Shown here piece after piece: positions 54,903-64,000 of a stretch of DNA of 64,000 nucleotides; the first letter of the stretch is position 1, and every line of letters starts with the position of its first letter. Position numbers and translations under genes: made by a program. This DNA is from Octopus sinensis (taxonomy: Eukaryota), in contig NC_043003.1 in the NCBI RefSeq assembly GCF_006345805.1, positions 52,080,001 through 52,144,000 on the forward strand, read 5' to 3'. A model generated the notes under the pieces. It did not search any database. It was not told the DNA's origin and worked only from the letters and a program-made list of their open reading frames with translations.

Positions 54903-56290
54903 AGACTCTTCTGCCGGTTTCGACGTATGAGGATCCTACAACCTGCTCTTACTTTGTCAGTCATAATGCTCATATTGAATGTGACATTTAAGTCCCGCCA
55001 ACGATTTGCAAAGTATGAGGATTACAGGTCAGTGCAGGTGGTATATTTGCAGCCGCTTTTCTCCTTTCTCTTGCACTCCGAAGCCTGTTAAAGCTGTTTG
55101 CAACAAAGTTTCTAATACCATGTTGACACAACGATCTCCATTTTGTTCGCTCCAAGGCTGTTCGCTCAAAGGTATTGTGAATTATCTTCACTGCTAAGAG
55201 GTTACTCTTCAGCTTGTCCTTATATCTGAGCCGTGGTCAACCAACATTCCTGTGGTCACTATCAACCTGGCTGTACATGAGGACTTTGAGTATTCTTTCG
55301 TCCCTCATTCTGATGACATGGCCAGCCCAGCACAATTGTGACTGCATAAGGAAACTCTCCATTCCACCAATCTTACAGTTGCTAAACAGGTCAGCATTAG
55401 AAACTCTGTCTTTTAGTGAATAACTGCAGATTGTCCTGAGACAGCCTTTATGGAAGATGTCGAGTTGGTTAATGTGTCGTCTAAAAGGTATCCACGATTC
55501 TGAGCCATACAAGAGTGTAGTAAGAATGGCAGCTTTATAGACTGGTACTTTGGTGTCAAGTTTGATGGCCCTTTCATTCCATAAGCGATGACGGAGTTTG
55601 CCAATTGCGTTGGTTGCCTTTGCAATACGGTTGACGATTTTATTATCAAGGGAAGCACTTGAATTCACATTACTACCTAGATATGTAAATGACATCACAC
55701 AATTTGGGTTTTCCCCATCAACATGTATAGGAGTGTGAGAAAAATTGTGAACTGGTGCCCTCTGCTTGACACCTCGAATTTGTTTATGAGTAGGGCAAGG
55801 TTGGTGGATTACTTCCGTCTTCTTTATGCTGATGGTCAAACCAAAGGCTTTACATGCAGCAGAAAACCGGCCTATAAGTTCCGGAGCTTCTTCTAAGGTG
55901 GTCGCTGTTAGTGCAGCATAACCTACAAAAAGTAGATCTCGAATGATACTGATGCATAGCAGTGTTCTGGCTTTGAAACACTGATGATTGAATAGTCGAC
56001 CACTTGTTCGAAACTGGAATTTGACACTACTTTGTATGTCATCAAAAGCATACCTCAGCATCACTGAAAAAAAGAGTGCAAACAAAACAGGGGTCATAAC
56101 ACAACCTTGGTTTCTGGGTTTTGTAACGTCGAAGGAAATCGAAGATTCCCACCGGACACGACAGCAACCTTCATTCCATCATGAAAAGAGATAACATTCA
56201 ACATTTTGTCGGGTATACCAAGCTTTTGCAGAACTTTCTATAGTACATGTCGGTTAACAGTGTCGAAGGCCTTAGTAAGGTCAACGAATA
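54903..56290 (-). mobile_element. 5'-truncated RTE-clade LINE
   Basis: FVDLTKAFDTVNR, QGCVMTPVLF, FGLTISIKKTEV, FTYLGS, LLYGSESW and WAGHVIRM motifs (ORF 55237-56097 and flanks). The catalytic ADD motif is decayed (LFVGY). Confidence 0.92.
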
Positions 56291-56710
56291 CATTAGGATT
56301 ATTTCCTACAACACATTTATTATGTTAAATACTTAATATTTAGGAAATAATCCTAATGTTTTAAGTTTCAAATTTAGTTAATAAGAAAAATTATTATTTT
56401 ATTTATTTTTTAAATAAATATTGTTTAACTCTATTTGCTTATTTATTTAACTATTATTGTTAACCTGAAGAGTGACTATAATTTTAAATTGAATTTATTT
56501 CAATTAAATATAATTTAATTGTAATTCGAATTCAATTGTAGCCATGAAACGTACGTAGTTTTTTTTACTTATATATTGATTATTCCTTTTTATACTTTTT
56601 GAGATGTAGTTATATGCTTTATAAAAATATTTTTTATTTGTTATCTATGTTTTGGTTTATCTCTATCACTGTTTGAGTTGCATAATAGTGGTTTTATCTC
56701 TAATTTATAT

Positions 56711-56715
<5 letters not shown>
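56290..56715 (+). mobile_element. AT-rich PLE-like element: 19-bp fold-back + hammerhead (56462-56560) + (TA)n
   Basis: Perfect inverted repeat 56290-56308/56341-56359. AAC-CTGAAGA-[long stem II GTGACTATAATT/AATTGTAGCCAT]-GAAA-CGTACG-TA-GTT. Confidence 0.72.
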
Positions 56716-56776
<61 letters not shown>

Positions 56777-57216
56777 GTAACAAACTAAGGAAAATAGTTA
56801 CTTTAAACAATAATTTTTATGTCAATAAATTTAAATAAATAGAAGAGTTATTATATATTAAAGATATAATTATAATTTATATTTTTTACACTTTTTATTA
56901 CAGTTCTAGCTAAAGCAAGACGCAGATACTTAATTGTATACACATATATATATTATTGTTGTATGTTATAATAGTGAAAGATTCTCTTAGACATAAACGT
57001 GTTTGGATTAATGTTATTTGGGATATGTAGAAATATATTTCGTTAGTTGTAGATTATACTTAATTATTTTGTCCGTTAAAATTTTTTGTCGTTTTTTAAT
57101 TGTAATTGATATGTAATTGAATAGTTAACGCTCACGCTCATAATGCATAGGCATTTTGATTAATATTTTACAATCATCCATCCTATGACACAGAATTTCG
57201 TCTATCTTTAAACTCT

Positions 57217-57291
57217 GGCTCTGATGAGACATATATAAAGGAATTGTTTATATATCAAAACAAGTATACAAATCGAAACAAATTGTTGGCC
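57217..57291 (+). ncRNA. Type I hammerhead motif with extended stem II
   Basis: GGCT-CTGATGA-GA..ATATATAAA/TTTATATAT..TC-GAAA-CAAATTG-TT-GGCC. Confidence 0.68.
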
Positions 57292-57984
57292 TTTTGATGT
57301 TTTAATAATTGTTTATGTCATATTATGTTATATTATATTCATAGTATATTATGTTATAATTTAAATAAATTGTTGGATTTCAATTATATCACTCAATTTA
57401 ATTTTATCTTTATATATACATATAATCGACTGGCTTCCACACAGGTACCGTCCTCACAAGGTATTGATCGACCCAGGGCAATAGTAAAAGACACAAGGTG
57501 TCGCGCAGTGAGACTGAACCCGAAACCATGTGGATACAAAGTGAACTTGTTAACCATACAGCCATGCCAATACCATCAATAAGAGGAAATAGTTATCATA
57601 TAGTTTGTGCCATCTACAGCAAGGAAATAGCAATGATATATTGTGTGTCACCTACATCTACGAAGGAATTATGATACCGAGAGTGCCACCTACAGCAAGG
57701 AAAGAGATATAATATATGGGTAGAAAGAGGGTGCCAAAGAGGGTCAGTGATGTAGGGTAGAAAGTAAAGATGTTACAGCGATGTCTATAAAAACAGCCAG
57801 GGTGTTAGCTGGGTGTGTAATTCAAACACAAACATTACAGATTACTATCTGGCTTTTGAATATTCCAAAAGACTTTCACTCGGACTGAATTAATACCAGA
57901 TGTCGGTTGGAAACCCGAGATGCTAGAGTATATGCACTTACATATATACATATGTGAGTGTATATTCATACACACGCATATTAC

Positions 57985-58051
<67 letters not shown>

Positions 58052-58080
58052 TGTCTACATACATAATTACTGTGTATGCA

Positions 58081-58115
<35 letters not shown>

Positions 58116-59356
58116 TCACAAATACACATATACACACACACATATATATACACATTGTTTATATCTATGTGCGTGTATATACGTAGATCTACATACATAT
58201 ATACACACACACACACACACATATATACATACACACACATACCTGCGTAGATACATGCACATGCACACATATAATGTCATACATACACACTGATACATGA
58301 TGTGTGAGTGTGTGAGTGTGTGTGCGTGTGTGTGTGTGTGTGCATGTGTGTATGTGTAAGCGCATACTAAGATATATTATTAAAAATCTCGAGCTAACGA
58401 GTTCGTTCATTAGACACGCTCATTACACACACATACACGTACACTCACACGCAGTAATATATATGTATGTAACTATGTATATGTATATGCATACGTACAT
58501 AGAAAGGTAGAGAGGGAGACAGATACCCGAATTAGTAAAGATACCCGAATTAGTAAGGCAATCAATATTGAAGAGCTACAACACTACTCCACTGTTACCA
58601 ACATCATATTGCAAACCTCAAATTAGTCACTCACACCCAACATTCATAAAGTTTATCGAAAACAGAACTGTTCTTGGTATCTTTGTGTTCGTCTCCAATT
58701 GATACTAAGTGTTTCGTGTCAGAGGTTATAATTATCCTCAGCCATATGGGTGTGGGATTGGCAGAACTGTTGGATCACATGTTTATGTTCTGTTGTCAAG
58801 TTCTGCTGTAGTTAATTTTGCTTTTCAAGTCGCACTTGATAGAATAAAGTACTAGTTAAAAACTGGTGTCGATTTAATCGGCTATTCCCACCCTATTAAG
58901 AAACCCTTATAATCTTTAGCTTTTTCAACCTTGTCCAATTCAATCCTTTTTAAAATCACTATAACCTTGTGACAGAGAGGAGGAGGGGCGACCCTTTTAA
59001 GGGAACCAGTTGGCACGTCACATTCAACCCACAACGATAGCAGCTATTACACATGATTCTATGGTGCCCCTCAGTTAGCACTGCGAAGTCAACAAGAACT
59101 TTTGAAAATTATCTATAATTCCTAGACTGAAAGTTCTTTGAGAAAGATGTTCACAGAATTCTCATTTACATCGGGTAACACCCCAGCACATCTTCACTCC
59201 TTCATTCAACTAATCCACTCTAGAAGAAAGTAGTCCATTGACTACCGACTGCATTTTCGACCTAAGACAATGAAGCGTTGTATCACGGTCTATGCTTGAC
59301 ACAAAGGATGGCAACTAGCTCAAAGAAAGAAGCTGTGAGAAAAAAAGGTATATTTC

Positions 59357-60758
59357 TTATTTATTTATTGCCCACAAGGGGCTAAACATAGAGTGGACAA
59401 ACAAGGACAGACAAAGATATTAAGTCGATTACATCGACTCCAGTGCGTAACTGGTACTTAATTTATCGGCCCCGAAAGGATGAAAGGCAAAGTCGACCTC
59501 GGCGAAATTTGAGCTCAGAACATAACGACAGACGAAATACCTATTTCTTTACTACCCACAAGGGGCTAAACACAGAGAAGACAAACAAGGACAGACAAAC
59601 GGATTAAGTCGATTATATCGATCCCAGCGCGTAACTGATACTTATTTAATCAACCCGCGAGCATGAGTTACAAGCTCGCTCAATGGCATCTTTTTGACCC
59701 CGGGCAGTTGTTGTAGGTGAATCCCTACATCATCGGGGAACCCATTTACAAATGCCAGTCGGGCTGCTCTCTCCATTCCTTCTCCGGCAAAACCGGCCAG
59801 AGTCGCTAGCCTTCTAGCTTCCGCCGCAAAATCATCCACCTGGCCTCCCGTCCACCTGATTGCACCCAGCTTAGCGAAAGCTGTGTACTCGCATTCTGTG
59901 TATGCGTCACACAAGCGCCGCTCTATATTCCCATCGCAGAGCCGTTCTTTTTCGTCCATTTCCAGGTAAAGCGACAACGCACTTCCTTCCAAATACAGGG
60001 CCATAAGACTCGCCACGTCGCTTATGCCCTGCAGTCTCGCCACCAGCCTGATTTTCTGAATCCAGGCCACTACATCGCCTTCGCCGTTAAAAGGTCTGAC
60101 GACGTCACTGGCGATCCTAATTTTTGCCGACATCGTGTTGACAAAAATGTTGAAAAAAATGTGAACGCTGACTAAATGCCGAAATAGCTTGTGGTTGATG
60201 AAAGGAGCACAACAGAACAAGGAAATAGGAAACAGAAGTGCAACAGGGTCTTACCTGACAGGGGATGAAGTCGGATGGCCTTCAGCCAACTTGCTCGCGT
60301 TTCGTCGTCTCCGTGCCTTGCTCCGGTCTGTCGCCACCGCTCGATGCCGCACGTGCCTTTTGTCGCTCACTTCCGCTTCCGCCGGCGCATGCGCCCTGCA
60401 AGACCTGTAAGCATCACTTCCGCTCCCGCCCGTCCCGTCACACTCCTTCATCACCACACCACAAGGATGAAAGGCAAAGTCGACCTCGGCGGAATTTGAA
60501 CTCAGAACGTAGCGGCAGACGAAATACCTATTTCTTTATTACCCACAAGGGGCTAAACACAGAGGGGACAAACAAGGACAGACATAGGTATTAAGTCGAT
60601 TACATCGACCCCAGTGCGTAACTGGTACTTAATTTATCGACCTCGAAAGGATGAAAAGCAAAGTCGACCTCGGCGGAATTTGAACTCACAACGTAACGCA
60701 GACGAAATACCGCTAAGCATTTCGCCCGGCGTGCTAACGATTCTGCCAGCTCGCCTCC
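59357..60758 (-). mobile_element. Tandem SINE family A multimer interrupted by an LTR-element fragment
   Basis: Head at 60758 and repeated units. The SINE sequence breaks at ..ATCAACCCG (59657) and resumes at AGGATGAAAGGC (60464). Confidence 0.85.
59658..60463 (-). mobile_element. LTR retrotransposon fragment (putative 5' LTR 60190-60458 + gag-like ORF)
   Basis: GC-rich island. Minus strand begins TGTGGTGATGAAGGAG and the segment ends CTCCTTTCATCAACCACA (TG..CA with inverted termini). ORF MSAKIRIASDVVRPFNGEGDVVAWIQK..LYLEGSALSLY..AFVNGFP is gag-like. Confidence 0.8.
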
Positions 60759-61152
60759 TTGAAAAAAAGTTATATTTCTAACAGACGATGCACACATATA
60801 CTGACCATTAGCGACCCATAGCAAACGTCACTGCCTCGGCAGAGTCCATCAGCTGCAGAGTACCTCCTTAATCTATTGGTTTGACGATGATAGCAGGTGG
60901 ACTTTCTAACCACCGGAAAATGTCCTTTCTGCGATAAATAAAAGAACAGGTGTTATACTTTGACAGATATTCCCTGAGGCAAGGTACAATGCTCACCAAA
61001 ATAGTGTCATTATTTATATGATCTCTTCTCAACAATTTACACATTTTATACCAAACTGCTGAGTGAATACACGAGCGCGCGCACATGTGTAACGGGGAGA
61101 GAGAGAGAGAGAGCTTGTGTTTTGTTTTTGTTATTATATGCTTATATATATA

Positions 61153-61249
<97 letters not shown>

Positions 61250-61288
61250 GTATATATATATGCATGTATATATATCCATATGTGTGAA

Positions 61289-61555
61289 GGCGCATGGCTT
61301 AGTGGTTAGAGCATAGAGCTTACGATCGTGAGGTTGTGAGTTCGATTCCCGGACCGGGCTGCGTGTTGTGTTCTTGAGCAAGACACTTTATTTCACGTTG
61401 CTCCAGAAATGAGTTGCGATATCACTGGTGCCAAGCTGTATTGGCCTTTGCCTTTCCCTTGGATAGGAGAGTGGAGGCCGGTATGCATGGGCAACTGCTA
61501 GCCTTCCACAAACAATCTTCCCCTGACTTGTGCCTCGGAGGGTAACTTTCTAGGG
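61289..61555 (+). mobile_element. tRNA-derived SINE family B
   Basis: GGCGCATGGCTTAGTGGTTAGAGC A-box and GAGTTCGATTCCC B-box. Homologous to 13195-13525. A related diverged copy lies at 62603-62890. Confidence 0.85.
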
Positions 61556-61821
61556 TCCCCTCCTATGTCCATATGTATATATGTATGTATGCAAGTATAT
61601 ATGTATGTATGAATGAAATTAACTAGATCCTATGTATGTGTTGTTATAGAGCTATTGTATACATTTCTTTATATCTGAGAGGGTTAGATGTGATTTGAAA
61701 GACATTTAGTTACCATTTCACGCAGGTCGAATTAACTATGCAGAAACTCGATGGTTTTTATCTGACAATGTTTGTACATAATAATTACATGCATATGTAC
61801 AAATGAGTAAATTTGTGCGCC

Positions 61822-61860
<39 letters not shown>

Positions 61861-62047
61861 TGTTAGAAAATAGTGTTTGTGTCTATGCGTGCGTGTATGT
61901 GTATGTCTGCTTCATGTTATCGTATGTACTTATGTCGTCTATATGTCTTATATGTATACATACGTGTAAATGTGACACGTATGAATTTGTATGTATGTGT
62001 GCTTATGCGTGTGTGTGTTTGTATATATATATAATATATATATATAA

Positions 62048-62360
62048 TTAGGGTTCAGCAAAAATTGCTTTACCACACACCGAACTTTTAGAAATAGCAG
62101 CCAAAGAATTTAGCTATTTCCTCTACTTTAAGAAGAGTCTCCCAGATAATGTATACTCAAAAACATTACACGTAGGTATAGAGGGAAAAATAACGAAAGT
62201 TCACTCGAAAGATTGATTACTTGTGAACGCGTTTCTGGGTTAGTTAGATATAGAGATGCTAGAAATACATCCCTATTCCAACATTCCTTTCATCAGCACA
62301 AGATTTCATTAAATTTAAATTTGAGAGCACTAAAAATCGAACTTACCCATCTGATTTGAG

Positions 62361-62365
<5 letters not shown>
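62048..62365 (-). mobile_element. Solo diverged relative of the array unit, with canonical hammerhead at 62220-62302
   Basis: 62048-62150 aligns by eye to the array unit start. Minus strand CTTGTG-CTGATGA-[long stem II]-GAAA-CGCG-TT-CACAAG. (TA)n lies on both sides. Confidence 0.82.
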
Positions 62366-62449
<84 letters not shown>

Positions 62450-62463
62450 ACATACATACATAC

Positions 62464-62510
<47 letters not shown>

Positions 62511-62998
62511 ATAAAGAATAATATATATATATATAAGAATCTTGTTATGTTTGTTTATATAAATATGCATATACATGTGTATATAACTATATAAGTGCAT
62601 GAAGGCACGTAGCTTAGTGGTTAGGGTATTTAGCTCAGGATCGTATGATTTCGATTACCAGCAATGTTTTGTGTCTCTGAGCAAGACATTTATTTTGAGT
62701 TGCTCCATTTCACTCAGCCAACAAAAAATGTGTTGTACCTGTATTTCTGTGTTATGCTTAATCTCCCTGAGAACTGAGAGTATGCGTGTCTATTGAGTGC
62801 TCAGCCACTTCCACGTTATTTCCACGAGCAGGCTGTTTCATCGATCGGCTCAACTGGAACACTCGTCGTCGAAACCGACGGAATGCCAGTTTATCCATAT
62901 AAGTGTGTATATTTGCTTATCTGTATGCCTGTGAGTGTGTGTAGAATATAAAGTCAGGCAATATGAGATGAATATATTTCACCTCTTGATATCCATAT

Positions 62999-63364
62999 TA
63001 CGACGGCCGTTTCGCAGCCAACATCATGCAAAAGTAATTTATTTTAGTGTATAATAAATTATTTTACATGTTTTCTTTAGGATGTATGCTCTAAATTGCA
63101 TAGTACTATTGTACATTTTACAAACCAATGCAGATACAGAAGGCTAGCTCTTTAGATCAATAGAATATCATGGTTATATTAATTTTTCAACTACGGTATA
63201 TACATAGAAAAAAAAATAGTCTTCAAATTTATAATGTATGGAAGACCACAAGGAGTTGAAAATTGATCTGACCACGATATTCTGTCGAGCTGAAGATCTA
63301 GCCTTCTATATCTGCATCCGTTTTGCAAAATGTACAAAAGTACTATGCAATTTATAGCATACAT
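62999..63364 (-). mobile_element. Old PLE-like remnant: decayed hammerhead (62999-63081) + ~110-bp fold-back
   Basis: Minus strand CTAAAGA-[CATGTAAAATAATTTATT/AATAAATTACTTTTGCATG]-..C-GAAA-CGGCCG-TC. Diverged inverted arms at 63082-63192 and 63254-63364. Confidence 0.65.
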
Positions 63365-64000
63365 ACTAGTACAGGCATGTAAAATAATTCTGTAATAAGC
63401 ATCCGCTGGCCATGAGTGATAAGTTACCAGCTTCGGGTGGAAATATTGTGAAAAGAACACAACCATGGTAAAAGAATGAATATACGTAGGAAATTAGACA
63501 GAGGTATACCTGGGATTCTAGACAACTCTAAGGAACTGTAGGCAGACAGAGAATATTATAAATGTTACGTTTTGTTAAGATCGTGTTCTATTCCAAAATT
63601 TTAAAAAACGTCTATTTCTAATTCAGTACGTGGCGAGGCACTTAGCTGACCCCTGATTATAATTATGTATATAATTATAGAATATTTTAATCTTTTCGGT
63701 TTGAACGGCAGTTCTTAACATAATTTCTAGGTAACTAAAAAAATTTTAACTTTCATATACTGGTAGAATGTGTTTATAAAACATCTTTTTCTCTTGGCTT
63801 TATTGAGAAACTTCTATAGTTTGTAAGATATTTGGTCTTTAATTTCTTCAATTTCTGCAATTTCAACCTATCACTGGCGTCTATAGAGTTAAAAAGTTCC
63901 GAATATTTTGTATAATTTACCTAAACCAGTTTTTTTAACGTACTGACAACTTGGTAATTAATTTTACCCTATATATATATATTATATATATATATATATA

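Noticed and set aside
61289-61365. Possible tRNA gene (also 21613 and 6770-6837)
   Set aside because: A and B boxes are present but continue into SINE bodies without a complete cloverleaf or a poly-T terminator. These are SINE heads.

Overview
AT-rich, microsatellite-dense animal DNA. The SINE, LINE and repeat content strongly suggests an octopus (cephalopod) intronic or intergenic region. No host protein-coding exon can be supported, and most ORF-track entries are translations of simple repeats. The window is a mosaic of decayed mobile elements: two CR1-like LINE 3' fragments, an RTE LINE, an R4/Dong-like tail, Tc1/mariner and hAT MITEs, a FLYWCH-MULE (Phantom-like) remnant, an LTR+gag fragment and three tRNA-derived SINE families. 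The most striking signal is a dense population of minimal type I hammerhead-ribozyme (HHR) motifs of the Penelope-like-element/retrozyme kind: about 20 copies in many unrelated sequence families, read by eye. The centrepiece is a 3.6 kb head-to-head palindromic array (16969-20557) of a noncoding ~545 bp unit with one HHR per unit, both arms ending in (TA)n. Several smaller HHR elements share the 'fold-back 5' end + HHR + microsatellite 3' end' architecture. Ribozyme activity and circular RNA are inferences, not observations.
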